From contig NC_057718.1 in assembly GCF_004010195.1 (NCBI RefSeq), positions 23,828,135 through 23,892,134 of the forward strand: 64,000 nt of DNA. The letters run 5' to 3'. The DNA comes from Chiloscyllium plagiosum (lineage: Eukaryota). Shown here in pieces: positions 1 to 12,659 of the stretch (position 1 is its first letter; each line of letters starts with the position of its first letter). Under the pieces are notes generated by a model that saw nothing but the letters and a program-made list of their open reading frames with translations, had not been told where the DNA came from and ran no database searches. A program made the position numbers and the translations under genes.

Positions 1-45
1 CCCCCCCCACACACCCCCCCCCCCCCCCCCATACCCCCCCCCCCC
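1..45. repeat. poly(C)/poly(G) low-complexity tract
   Basis: Near-pure C run interrupted by acac/ata. Confidence 0.9.
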
Positions 46-459
46 TAACCCTGGTCCGCCAGTGTGACACTCTGCTTGGAATATCAATTTCCTCTGTTCC
101 TCAGCTTACTTTGATGTCTAGCTTCAGTAGTGATCTCCATTGGAGCCATTCTCACCCAATACCTCTGGCATCACAGATCTTCCTGGCAACCAAGTGGCTG
201 TGAAATGACAGTAGGGCAGACATTTCTCTGATGAGTGAGCTCTGCACCAATGTTTTAATCGGGGGAGGAGTGTTTGGGGAGGGTGGTTGAGGGTGGTTGG
301 ATGAAGGCCATGGGTATCTGAAAAACGAAGCCCCAGAAACAGACCTCTTATGGAGAAGTAAGCACCAACTTACAGCATGTGACATAACTCAGGAATCTTC
401 CATCCATCCCTTCCTTAAGACGCATGCCCCATCTCCAACCTCCTTGTCGCCTCCAAAAT

Positions 460-640
460 CCTTGAATATGTTGCACTTGTCAAATCCCATTTGTAAGATG
501 AGTACATTAACTGTTTTTTGCCTTCCAGACCTGTCTGCAGCCTTTACCACAATTGATTTCCCCATTCCCATTCACCATGTCTCCACAAACATTGAGCTGA
601 GTGAAACTGCATTTGCCATTCTCATCTAACGAACTGAAAC
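460..640 (+). mobile_element. L2-clade LINE RT fragment (decayed)
   Basis: Translation 'TLTVFCLPDLSAAFTTIDF' resembles the L2 RT motif LLDLSAAFDTIDH. Confidence 0.6.
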
Positions 641-1039
641 CAGAGAATAACTTGTAATGGTTTCCTCTCTTCTCTGGTATTTCCTAAATGTTTATCAGAT
701 TTCTTGTCTTAGATAATATCACATGGTGTAATTGCCAACTTTAATGCTAAAGTGAGGTTTGAAATAATGGTAAGCTTTAATAATGATAGTTGACCTCTAC
801 ACATAGCATAGAATCCAACTGCCATTGTAAAGGCTAAAAAATAGCCTGGGTATCTATCCAGGCTTATCCAGTGTTCTAGCTGAATACACACAATATTCAT
901 AACAAGGAGAGCGAATTGGGGCACAACCAGACATTAATGGGTTTAGTATAACTGACATTATAGAATATGGCTGCAGGATGACCACTGTTGGGAACTGAAT
1001 ATTGATTCCAACACATTCCTGGCAAATGCTTCATATTAT

Positions 1040-1792
1040 ACCTTCCATTAACTCCAATCCCTCATTGTCCTCCCTCATACCAATCTCACTCACCAATTGC
1101 TTCTCAGCTCTGTAATCAACATTAGTGTCCACTCTAGTTTTCAAATCTCTCAATCAACTTTCCCTTCCTTATCACTGTGATCATTTGCCAACGTCGCTCC
1201 GATTCTAGTCTCTAGATTCTGTCATCTCCACCATTGGTGGCTATGATTTTAATTGCCAAAACCAAAAGTTCTAGGTATTCCTTGCTAAATCACCCTGGCC
1301 TTAGTTCTCTTTCCTCTTTGAGACCTATCTCTTTGATCAAGCTTTTAGTTGTGTCCCTTAATATCGACTGACATGACTCCATATCAAATGTTGCTCTATA
1401 ATGTTTCTGTGAAGGACTGTGGAAACTTGTTTTTTAAAGCTGCTTTGTGTAACTTTAGGGGCGGCACAGTGCTCACAGTGCTAGGGACCTGGGTTCAATT
1501 CCCACCTCAGGTGGTCCGTTTGGAGTTTGCACATTCTCCCCGTGTCTGCATGGGTTTCCTCCGGGTGCTCGGTTTCCCCCCACAGTCTAAAGATGTGTAG
1601 GTTAGGTGAATTGGCCATGCTAAATTGCCGTAGTGTTAGGTGCATTAGTCAAGGAATGAATGTAGGGGAATGGGTCTGGGTGGGTTGCTCTTCGGAGGGT
1701 CGGTGTGGACTTGTTGGGCTGAAGGGCCTGTTTCCACACTGTAGGGAATCTATTCTAATCTAAAGGTGCTAGTTGAAGACAGGTTGTTGTTG
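1040..1792 (+). mobile_element. L2-type 3' end interrupted by an HE1 SINE
   Basis: 'ccaccattggtggc...acctatctctttgatcaagctttt' resembles 33270-33410; the tail 'aaggtgcta...gttgttgttg' resumes after the SINE. Confidence 0.6.
1458..1763 (+). mobile_element. HE1-like tRNA-derived V-SINE
   Basis: tRNA head with B box 'ggttcaattccc', V-domain 'tggagtttgcacattctccccgtgtctgc', CR1-like tail 'gggcctgtttccacactgtagg'. Confidence 0.9.
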
Positions 1793-4094
1793 CATTAGTG
1801 TCATTTTGATGAACATTTGCCTCTGCTTGCTTTGTTCCTCTCCTTGTGTCTGTGCAATAAGCATTGAACAATCCCCCTTTGAAATGAAGAAGAGGAAAAT
1901 GAATTTACTAACGCAGGGCAAACTGCAGTCCACATTAGGAAACTAAACTGCACATGCATTGATATATCACAGGCTCAACATGTAGAGACTACAATGCACC
2001 AGTGAAGCAGTGGTGGAGCAGAATTTTCTAAAGGTTACAATACAGAATTGGACCTTTCAGTGCCACTGGTCTGCTCCAGCCTCATCTTATCCCACAATAT
2101 TTCAGCTCACTGTGTCAACACAACAGCTTCACTTCCTTTCTGTCTCATGCTTTTAAAGCATGCATTTTAGCTCAACTACTTGGTGTAGTAGCGAGTTCCT
2201 TGCTACTGCAGTAAAGACATTTCATTGCCTGTAGGTTGAGCCTGCGAGTGTACTCTAAGACCAGCTTGTTATGCCTGTTATGGCAAAAGTCACAGCAGTC
2301 CCAGAATAGATTTAGGTTGCACAGTTCCTTTCATGTTTGTTAACGTATGTGCAGCGGGTGGCATTCTATGACAGGCTGTTGCATGTATAGGCAAGAGGTG
2401 AGCAAGAATCTGAGTCAGCTTCAGGAGATCCAGTCAAGCTTGATTCCTTTTTAAACACTAAATAATACTTTTAATCCTATCAAACCTTGCGTGCTAAATC
2501 TTTTAAAGCAACTGTGGTGGCTGAACTTTACCAGCTGCATTCCACTGTTTGAGTGTTGACTTTTCCTTGTGACAATTCACATTTGACTTTTGGACAAGCA
2601 GATTTATGTATATTAAAGAATGTATTTCCTTGATGGATAGTGTTGACTTTATTTAAAAATTTTGCACCAGAAGTCAGAATCAATGCCTTTTGCCTTGTTA
2701 ACATGTGAGAAGTTGCATATTGAGGGAATAGGCAACCATTTTTGCTGAAATTTTGTTCTTGAGTATTACGAATCAATCTGTTCAGACCTGTTACAATGCA
2801 AATCTGAAGCAGCTAGGACTTAAATCCCGTCCAGAAACTCCCCACCCCATCCCAATCCAGAATCAGGGACGCTATATCAGAGCCCCTAAACATTTTGACC
2901 CAAGTATGTGCTTTTGTGACACACTATATTCCTGCACTCTACCAGCTGTGTTATTGAAGAAAAGCCAAAAAGGTTTGCATTTCTGTTTGGTGGTAGGAAC
3001 TGCAGAAGATGGAATTCTCCCTGGTTTAATTATATTTATACCCATCAGAAACAGTCACATGAAACTAATTATAAAGGTTCTAAGAATTCAAATGCACTAT
3101 GGTGACACACACTTCTTTCCAGAGTTAGAAGCAGCAGAGCTATAAGCCCTATGAATCGAGTGGAAATGATTTCTTGCAGTGAAAAGTGAAAAGCAAGAGA
3201 GCATTCACGAAATGTAGCAATTAATGATCTGCATTAAAATGCTGGTCAGGAAGGACATCTCTGTTTGTCAGGTCATGTCTTCTCATTGCCAATAAACCAA
3301 GACTTCTTACCAGCAATGATTAATGGTCTGATAGATTTTTCCTTTTTCCTCGAGCTATAGTTGTGAGTTATTTTTCCCCAGAATAGGGCGGGGCATACCA
3401 TTACTGCGAAACCACATTGACATCAGTACAAAGCATACTCATACCAGTTTGTAGATGCTCGCATGTTGAAAGGTAAGCCATCTACCGTTCTTAGTTATCC
3501 ATGTGCAACAAGATTCTTATCAAATGCAATTAATACTGTTGGCAGAAGTACATTGATGAGAAAGGCAGTCATGATATAAATCCTAGATTTAATGAGAACA
3601 TTGAATCCAATTAATGGCATTTAGTAAAGGAGCGGGGATCATGGCATGATGTTAGCAGTTATCATTAACTCGTCCCATGCCAGTGATTCAAATGTTCCAT
3701 CTAATTATAAAACAAATGTCATAAAATGCTGTAAGAATCTGCTTTCTTGGAGAAACCACGGGTATTTCCTGAATCATAATGTGCCAACCCTGCAAGGAAG
3801 GAGTCGAAAAGGGACTTTCCTCTGGCTAATGAACCAGGTCAGGTCAGCAACCTGAAGATGAAAGAAATATTTGTTTGGTTTAAGTGGTGAAGAGTAATGA
3901 AATGAGAGAAAATGAGATAACTTGAAAGAAGAACATGTAATCGATTAAATGAGCAGGTGGTTAGTGGGATCTCTTATGAGGTGTATTTGTTAACCTTGTT
4001 TCCCTTCAGCTGAAGGGAAAGATTAGTTATGTTGAGACTATTTATTTTGGAAGAGGTGGGGTAAATTTTAATTGTGATGAATAAAATGAGCGAG

Positions 4095-4862
4095 TTTCCT
4101 GGAGTGGACAGGAAACAATCTACTTCCCTCAGTTGAGAGATTAATAACCGGGGACATTAGATTTAAAGTGTCTGGCAGGGGGACTACAGGGGAGTTGGGG
4201 TTGAGTTGAGTTTGAAGGTTCTTGGTGCCTGAAATGCAATGCCTGTAGTTTGGCAAACAACCCTCATCACATTATGAACATAAGGCAGTAACCCAACATC
4301 CACTGCTGCCGGCAACTGCACATGTGTGTGCTGATCCAGAAATGTGCACGCACATAATTCCAGAACCACTCCGTCACATGAATTTTCACTCACATCATAA
4401 GTAAAGCCCACACTGCATGCCGTGCGAGAAGAGCTGGAATATTGAGATGGAGTTCAGCAAAGGGAGTGAGGACTTGGGTTGGGAGGAGGATTTCCACTCT
4501 CCCCTTCTCCCCCTCCCCCGTCGTCTTTTCCTGGACCCCATCCCTCCTTGCTCCGCTGTCCTGTGCGGTGTCCCTCCTTTCCTACATCCCTTTATCCACC
4601 ATCTCATTCCTCTCTGCCCCTAGACAGAAGTTTCAAGGGGATTTGAGGAAAAAGCTTCTTCAGCCAGAGGGCTGCAGGAATCTGGAATCGACTGCCTGGA
4701 AGCTTGGTAAAGGCTAGAAAACTACAACCTTTAAAAAGTACATGGATAAGCACTTGAAATGTCATAACATTCAACGCTATAGGGCAAATGCTGGAAAATG
4801 GAACTTGAAATGATTTAGAGTCGTTTTCGTCAGTGCAGACTGAATGATACTACAATTCTATG
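4095..4862 (+). mobile_element. CR1 LINE 3' fragment split by a ~440-bp insertion (4179-4620)
   Basis: 'gacaggaaacaatct...ggggacattagatttaaagtg' continues after 4621 as 'ggggatttgaggaaaaagcttcttcagccagag' and ends 'attctatga'. Confidence 0.75.
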
Positions 4863-6484
4863 ACTCACCTATTATTTAAACAGCCCATCATGTGCAGTCC
4901 ATGTGTTGGTGTCAACAAACTCAGCTTAATCAGGTGAGTTAAGTTCTCACAACACCTGCCAAAATCTTAGCCTAGTCCCTATGTCCAGTTAAATTATTTT
5001 GTGGTTTTACTGGCAATGGAATGATTGATACATAGAAATCAAAGCAATGTAGTAAATTAACATTTCTTGAACTGATAGGCAAAGCTTAATCGGTTGCTAC
5101 TTTTATTATCTATTATTGATAAATGACTGCAATGTTGCCATAAAAGTTGAGTAGCTACATTTCCTCTGGTACTGAAATGAATAACAACTGCGGTAGAAGG
5201 AAGGAATTTGATGCAAAAATTCCTTTGGGATCTGCTCTATCTCCTCCTAAATCCCCTACCATTTCCTACTGAAATAACATTGTGCACTGTTCTTATAATA
5301 AACTATCAAATTGTGATTAAATTGGGAACTTTGTGGCTCTAAAATATCAATTTGATCTTTTGGAAAATAAAAATTTCTGCTATGTCTTTAAATGGCCAGT
5401 GTGTCTTCAGTGACTACTGGCTTTGTGACGTCAGAGGTTCCTCCTTCTGGTATACAAGTCTTATTATGCCGAATGTGTGCCATATTCTGGTATAGCTGAA
5501 TGATACCAGCCAGGAAATCTGTTGCCTCTGTTTAATACAGTGTGCAGAGGGAAATGCACACTCACCACTAAAAAGTTCATGCGTGCTGGTGCAGATGCTG
5601 CAGCCTTTACTACATGATTTTAAATTTTTCAATTATGCTCACACCAACCGACATTAAGAGTGAATTGGCAAAGCAATAGTATCTTAAACCTCGCCATTGT
5701 ACTGGCCTGTGCATATCAGATTGGTGACATACCTTGCAAGTCACTCTGCAGTAACACCAAATTGACTTCTTGGATAAAATCACAACCCAAAAGTAATGAT
5801 TGTTTGAAAGGAAACTGGGTTTTCTATTATTAAAGTATTTGCAGTGAATACATTAGTCACCAGCAAGCCCCTCATTTCTGATGCTGAAAGTCACCTGTTT
5901 CACATTAGCCTCGAACCTGTAGCTGTGTCTTGAATTTCAGTTTACATATCAATTTGTATCCAGTTAGTACGTACCATCTAAACAACTATAGGCATGGTTG
6001 TAATTGTAAATCTTTCCATAGGTAATAAAAAAAAGACACATCTCATAGAGAAGCATTTACTTCCTTGTAATTGTACTGGTATTTATTGTTCCAGATCAGA
6101 GAATTACAGCTCTGATCCAGCAGCGTGCTGAAACAATCCCTTCTTCTCTAACTTGTAATTAGTCAGTTGATAGTAACTATAGAACATGGAATACTCAGCA
6201 CTATCCTGAGTACTGTAAAGGAACAGCGCATTTGTAATTTTTTCAGATCCAGGTATTCTAATGTACAGCTTTGGATTTGACCCTCAGCTGAATATCTAAC
6301 ATAAATTCGAGCAAAGCAGCAAATGGATACCTTTGATTTGAGGTTGCAGGTTGCCAGAAACTATACAACCATCAGAAATGAGAGACTGCTAGCAACATTT
6401 CTGTAAATGAGTAGCTAAGTATTTTAAATGCCAAGGTGGTAAAACTGTATAAATATCACAGCACTGACTTTTTTAAAATGTTTT

Positions 6485-6730
6485 TTTAAAATTCATTCAC
6501 AAGATGAAGGCATCATTGGCTAGGCAGCATTTATTGCCCATCCCTAATTGCCCAGAGGGCAGTTAAAAGTCAACCACTTTGTGTCTTGAATGCTGCGATT
6601 GTGCCTGCTTTCACCACCTCCTCTGGCAGTGCATTCCAGGTATTCATCACCCTTTATGTGAAAAACCTGCCTTGCACGTCTCTTTTTAACTTCCCCCCGC
6701 AACCTTGAACCTGTGTCCCCTAGTAACTGG
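6485..6730 (-). mobile_element. SINE 3' tail (family of 41325) joined to a CR1 3' fragment
   Basis: 'gcagcatttattgcccatccctaattgccc' is the reverse complement of the tail near 41650; the CR1-like 'ctctggcagtgcattccagg' follows. Confidence 0.7.
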
Positions 6731-8069
6731 GGACAAGGCAGGAGAGAGGTGGGAAATCTGGCCTACATGACCTGAGAGGCCCAGCTGACCTGCTGGGTGC
6801 CAAGTTGGTCTTAAATCACTTCACAATGAGCAGGAATATCTGTGATAGGATTGCCAGAGGTGAGGTTGCCATTGGACAAGTCCACCACCTGACCATCATA
6901 TCCAACTTAATGTTTCTCCATTCATAATGTGAACAATTCTGTTCCACCACATTTAAAGAGATCCAGTATTTTGGAATAAACCAAACTTTTATTCCATTGC
7001 TTCTGCTGTATTGGCCATTGTTAAGCGTTTATTCATCATATCCATTCCAAAGCTGTTGAAAGCTCTAAACATCATATTGACAATTTCAAAACATCACTTT
7101 TGAAGGCCTTGTGTTGTACCTACAAACAATGACAACTACACAACTACACTGTTGTGGATTATGCTTTAATAATATCCTGATTACTATATAATTACATGTA
7201 GACGCATGTAATAATGCATGAGGTGAAAATCTGTATTTTCTGGGTATAAGGTAAAATTGTAGTAGTCTCGAGAACTATAGGGCTACTCTCTTATTAGGAA
7301 GAAATGAGTAGCAGTGGTTTAATCTGAGCATTAAAGGTTTTTAACCAACCCCTTAACCCCAATTCTGCTGTGTATATTACACCGTGGACTCCGCGTCATG
7401 AGACAATAATTTGATAAAATCGGAGTTGCGTCTTTATTAGGAGCAGGGGTGGAAACCGCCTGTTCGGAAGCATGTGGAAGTTTCTAAACTAGTCCCCTAG
7501 GAAAGAGGAGCAAGGTAGAGGAGTAACAATATCAATGAAAATATAAGGCCTAGATAAACTAAAAGAACATTAAAAACAAATAAATCACCCTCATTCTACA
7601 ACCAAATAAAAACAAAACAGTATGAAAGCATTTTAATGTGACTTCCTTCTGATTTTACATCACGGCCAATAAACTGCATTCAGATCTCTGTGAGAGGGGC
7701 ACTGTGGGAGAATACTGAACCAGAGTTGTTGTTGTTGACTCCACTTTATTTGCCAGTCAAACTCATTACTTATGAGGTGTTGTTTCTGCTTGTGTTGATG
7801 ATTTGACTTATTTCCCACAGGATGATGAGAAAAGAAAATTAACAAAAAAGCTCTGATTTCACAATGCATTTATTAACATTCCTGCTACCAATGTTTAGAG
7901 TCACAAAGCTAGCAACGGACCAGGCATTCAATTAAACAACAATGTCCCACTGCATAACTGTATTTTTTTTAGAAAGATAGATCCACAGTTTATATTGTTG
8001 TAAATGCATTGCCTTTCACTGAGATACACGATGTACAGATTATACTTAATGTTTTTAACTATTTAAAAA

Positions 8070-8185
8070 AAATACTGTGGATGCTGGAAATCTGGAACAA
8101 ACACGGAGAAACACAACAGGTCTGGCAGCATTTGTGGAAAGAGAAATAGAGTTAATGTTTTAAGTGCACTGTGATTTCTTTAGAA
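8070..8185 (-). mobile_element. PLE terminal-repeat fragment (single arm)
   Basis: 'ggatgctggaaatc...acaggtctggcagcatttgtggaaagagaaatagagttaatgttt' matches the arms at 53632 and 62975. Confidence 0.7.
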
Positions 8186-8314
8186 CACTGGTTCTTTTGA
8201 ATGCTTTAACCTTATCATTTGTACTGATAGACTGGTATTCTCCCATCACTGAGGTTGGGATATGTGTGGTGCCTACTTATCCACCAGTGAGTTGTTTAAT
8301 TGTTCACCGCCATT

Positions 8315-8585
8315 CCCTCTGAGATATATCTTTTCCATATTGTAAACTCCAAATATCTCCAACCTTTCCTCAAAACGGGCCTTAAACTCGAGGGATTGAA
8401 TTTTCAATCTGAATACAGATCTTGAGGTGAGGAGGGCTCGAAAACAGACTGGAGGGGAATAGGAGGGTAGGAGTTTCACAAAACATTCTCGCATCTGTAG
8501 AATTCCGCAGGAGGCAGGATGCGATGGGAATGGTCACCGATCCAGAATTGCTAAGAGATGAGTGAAATTCCTTGAGGACCTAATT
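8315..8585 (-). mobile_element. Probable L1-clade ORF2 C-terminal fragment
   Basis: 'GILQMRECFVKLLPSYSPP...SLEFKARFEERLEI' resembles the fish L1 pattern YLQ(I/V)R.F...LP.(F/Y)P...K.KWEEELG. Confidence 0.4.
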
Positions 8586-8586
8586 C

Positions 8587-8735
8587 AGGAAATCTGCAAC
8601 CATTACTCAGTCTGGGTTGCATGTGACTCCAGATCCACAGGAATGTCATTGACGTTTGACTGCCTCTAAAATGGCCGAGCAATCCATTCAGTTCAAAGGC
8701 AATTAGGGATGGATACTCAATGTATCATCTCCTGT
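8587..8735 (+). mobile_element. SINE 3' half (family of 41325)
   Basis: 'gtgactccagatccacag...aaaggcaattagggatgg' matches 41573-41665. Confidence 0.75.
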
Positions 8736-9445
8736 GACAAAGGTGCCAGAGGCTGACAATAGTAATAGAGGCAATGCAGTCTCTTTTGGCTTAGCCCAGG
8801 AGGTATCCCACACTTGAAGATCATCTTTAACTGTATTTTTCCATATCTTCTTTGTCAAATAACATTATTGTAAAATTATTGTCAACTCTCAGTATCATGT
8901 GTCCTTTTTACTTTCCTAACTGAGAAACATTTGATCCCAGAACTGATTTCCCCACTGTGAGGGTTACACTGTGAAGATCTATCTGTCTAGCCCAAGCTGA
9001 GTGAATCTTCCAATCTTCTAGAAAAGCAACTTCTAACCTGAAGGAATGGCTACTTCCTTCCTTCCATCTCGGATTGTCGACCACACTGAACAAACCACTT
9101 GCAACATTCATTGTTTTGTATTAAAATCAGTTACTTCATCTCAAAAATGGCTTCCTCTGCACATTTCCTCATAATAACACCAAACACCTTGCATCCACAA
9201 TCTGAGCAGCCATGCTCTGATTGAATGGGGGAGCAGGTTTTATGGCCTGAATGGCCTACTCCTGCTCCTAATTCACTCTCAAGGAATAGAGTGTTATAGG
9301 ATGAGGGAGGTGGATGGATTGCACACAGGCAGGAAAGCTGGCTGCTAGGCAGCAGGTCCTAAAGAAGCCTGTTTCACAGCAGGAACCAGCTGAGGGTGGA
9401 CAGAATGGATACAGAATGGGTGTCCCACCGCTAAATGGGAGGAAG

Positions 9446-9451
9446 TCTCTC

Positions 9452-9492
<41 letters not shown>
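9446..9492. repeat. (CT)n microsatellite
   Basis: Directly visible. Confidence 0.95.
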
Positions 9493-9495
<3 letters not shown>

Positions 9496-10614
9496 TTGTC
9501 CAGAGACACCATCCAATCTAATTGCAGCTTCAACACTGCTTGGTACTGGACCTTGCTATTACTGAAATCAGGCCTGAGAAGATGGCCCAATGGATCCTGA
9601 ACCCAGGTAAAGAGGGGGAGATTGAGTCAGGAGGATTTTTGGGACCTTAGGGAAGGGGCTGGAGGGGTAGGGAGGTGGCCTTTAGAGTCTGTGCGGGTTG
9701 TAGGGATGGGTGGATACTGTCTTCTTGGGGAGGTGCTCCCACTGCACTCAGAGCACCCTATTGAGGCAGTATCCCATCCATCTTTAAAAACAAAGTGCTG
9801 CCCACTCTCAGTCACACGCCCACACCAACCATAATTATGGTGTGGTTCAGGGTAATACTGGACTTCATTAAGCTTTTCACAGGCTCAACTGTCTCCAAGT
9901 CATTTGTTAGCCCACCAATTTTAGTATCTGTCCACTGTACATATTTGAGGGGGGAGGTGAACACCAGTCTATTTATATGCCCCTGCACCCCAATTAAAAC
10001 ACACTTATTAGGGACATGTGAAATCCAGCTCAGAGTCTACTCATGGTTACCCCAGGGGCTGTCAGCATTGTCTCGTAGATGCCTTGTGCATTCCTCTCTG
10101 TGAAGCATTCCTTGGATCTCTGACAATCAAACCAGCTAGGCTCACTGTCAAACAGGCTACAGGACTAGGGATTTTCCTTAGATTTACAATCCCAAAACCA
10201 TTACGTCCTTTATTAGATTAACATCTATCAGGCAGGTACATGTATTATAAATATAAACATTGGTAAACTTTACATATTGTATTGAAATCTTTCCTGGTAA
10301 ATATTTGCAGGAGGATTGAAAGACTTTTCTATTTTCGGTGCTTGATCACCATGGATCAATGTTGGGTCACAGCCAATTGTACATCCTGGACATATACTAT
10401 ATATCTTAATCTCAATATCAGTAGAGCGTTCGTGAGTTGCTTTACAGAGATGCTGCAATTGTCAGTTTCTGTCATATAATGCAGATGTTTGTGCTATGTT
10501 TGCTAACAGCTGGGTTGAGAGTGATAAAAGACTAATAGACAATAGGGGTTTTTGTCTGCTCAAACACGTTTTAACTCTTTTCCAAGAAATGAATGCAAAA
10601 TGTATTAACCAAGC

Positions 10615-11605
10615 AGCGAAGAGGATTGATGAAGCGACTGACGTTGTCTGTATGGAATTCAGCAAAGCGTTCGACAAAGTTCCAATGGTAGAGTGGTTAA
10701 CAAGGAATAGAGGGACAACTAGCCATTTGGATACAAAATTAGCTTGAAAGTAGGAGACAGAGGGTGATGGTAAAGGGTTGCTTTTCAGACTAAAGACCTG
10801 TGACTAGCAGCATGCTGCAAGATCGTTCCTGGGTCCACTGCTTTTTTTCTTAATTTATGTTAATGATTTGGATGTGAACAGAGGCATTATAGGAGTTGGG
10901 AAGTCATGTTGTGGCTGTACAGGACATTGGTTGGAATATGACATGCAATTTTTGTCTCCTTCCTATCGGAAAGATGTTGTGAAAGGGTTCAGAAAAGATT
11001 TACAAGGATGTTGTCAGGGTTGGAGAATTTGAGCTATAGGGAGAGGTCGAACAGGCTGGGGTTGTTTTCCCTGGAGCATCGGAGGCTGAGGGGTGACCTT
11101 ATAGAGGTTTATAAAATCATGAGGGGCATGGATAGGGTAAATAGGCAAGATCTTTTCCCTGGGGTGGGGATGTCTAGAACTAGAGAGCATAGGTTTAGGG
11201 TGAGAGGGGAAAGATATAAAAGAGACCTAAGAGGCAATTTTTTCATACAGAGGATGGTGCGTGTGTGGAATGGACTATCAGAGGAAGTGGTGGAGGCTGG
11301 TACAATTACAACATTTAAGAGGCATCTGGATGGGTATCTGAATAGGAAGGGTTTGGAGGGATATGGGTGCTGGCAGGTGGGACGAGATTGGGTTGGGATA
11401 TCTGGTCGACATGGACGGGTTGGACCGAAAGGTTTGTTTCTGTGCTGCACATCTCAATGACTCTATGACTCTAAGTCATAAATCTTCTCACAAACTCTAT
11501 GACTCTAAATGGAACAAGGTTAATTTAGGATATCTGGTTGGCATGGACGAGTTGGACTGAAAGGCCTGTGTCTGTGCAGTATATCTCTATGATTTTAACT
11601 CTCTA
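10615..11605 (+). mobile_element. CR1/HER1 LINE, RT piece and 3' end, internally deleted, with the 3' tail repeated
   Basis: 'DVVCMEFSKAFDKVP'; ORF 11008-11460 'RRLRGDLIEVYKIM...VWNGL'; (ctctatga)n tail; a second tail copy at ~11510-11600. Confidence 0.92.
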
Positions 11606-11726
11606 AGTATGATACCCCAGCCCCAGATTTAATGTAGTAATCGTCTTTGTAAAATTTGGTTGCTCCATTAAATTATTCAGAATGCAGAATTGATTTGATA
11701 CTTTGTGCTGAGCTTTCTGAGGTTAC

Positions 11727-12631
11727 TGTGGTTCTGTTCGCCGAGCTGGAAGTTTTTGTTGCAAACGTTTCGTCCCCTGTCTAGGTGACATCCTCAGTGC
11801 TTGGGAGCCTCCTGTGCGTTTCGTGGCTAGTTGGTGTTCGTGGATGCGGATCGTTAGCTTTCTTCCTGTTTGTCCTATATAGTGTTTTGTGCAGTCCTTG
11901 CATGGGATTTTATACACTGCATTAGTTTTGCTCATGCTGGGTATCGGGTCCTTCGTTTTGGTGAGTTGTTGTCTGAGAGTGGCTGTTGGTTTGTGTGCTG
12001 TTATAAGTCCTAGTGGTTGCAGTAGTCTGGCTGTCATTTCAGAGATGTTCTTGATGTATGGTAGTGTGGCTAGTGCTTTGGGTTGCGGCATGTCCTCGTT
12101 CTGTTGTCTTTCCCTTAGGCATCTGTTGATGAAATTGTGAGGATATCCGTTTTTTGCGGATACCTTGTATAGGTGTTCCTCTTCCTCTTTTTGCAGTTCT
12201 GGTGTACTGCAGTGTGTTGTGGCCCTTTTGAATAGTGTCTTGATGCAACTTCGTTTGTGTGTATTGGGGTGGTTGCTTTCGTAGTTCAGGACTTGGTCTG
12301 TGTGTGTGGCTTTCCTGTGTACCTTTGTGGTGAATTCTCCGTTTGGTGTTCTCTGTACCATCACGTCTCGGAATGGGAGTTGGTTGTCCTTTTCTTCCTC
12401 TCTCGTGAATATTCCTGTGAGTGTGGAGTTGATGATCCGGTGTGTTTTCTCTATTTCCGTGTTTTTAATGATTACAAAGGTGTCATCAACATATCTGACC
12501 CAGAGTTTGGGTTGAATTTGTGGTAAGACTGTTTGTTCTAACCTTTGCATTACTGCTTCTGCTATGAGTCCTGAGATCGGTGAGCCCATGCAACGAGCAC
12601 CCGAGCTACAAATCTTCTCACAAACTTTGAA
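11727..12631 (-). mobile_element. Penelope-like element (RT C-half, GIY-YIG, pLTR) with inversion and 14-bp TSD
   Basis: Open frame MGSPISG...RYVDDTF...VYKIPC..C...YIGQTGR...RIHEH; TSD ctttctgaggttac at 11713-11726 and 12632-12645. Confidence 0.95.
11761..11800 (-). ncRNA. Minimal hammerhead ribozyme in the Penelope pLTR
   Basis: Minus strand reads GCA-CUGAGGA-U-GUC.ACCUAGACAGGG.GAC-GAAA-C-GUU-UGC: intact core, stem I GCA/UGC, stem II, palindromic AACGUU helix III. Confidence 0.8.
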
Positions 12632-12659
12632 CTTTCTGAGGTTACCCACAATCCTGACT

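Noticed and set aside
43..52. Telomeric repeat (ccctaa)
   Set aside because: Only one unit, within a poly(C) tract.
1458..1510. tRNA genes at the SINE heads (also 16955, 20549, 41325, 48094)
   Set aside because: A/B boxes run into SINE bodies and no complete cloverleaf is present.
8315..8585. Endogenous viral element
   Set aside because: The motifs fit an L1 ORF2 C-terminal region better, and no viral signature was recognised.
9268..9590. ORFs with ER/SL dipeptide runs
   Set aside because: These are translations of the (CT)n microsatellite.
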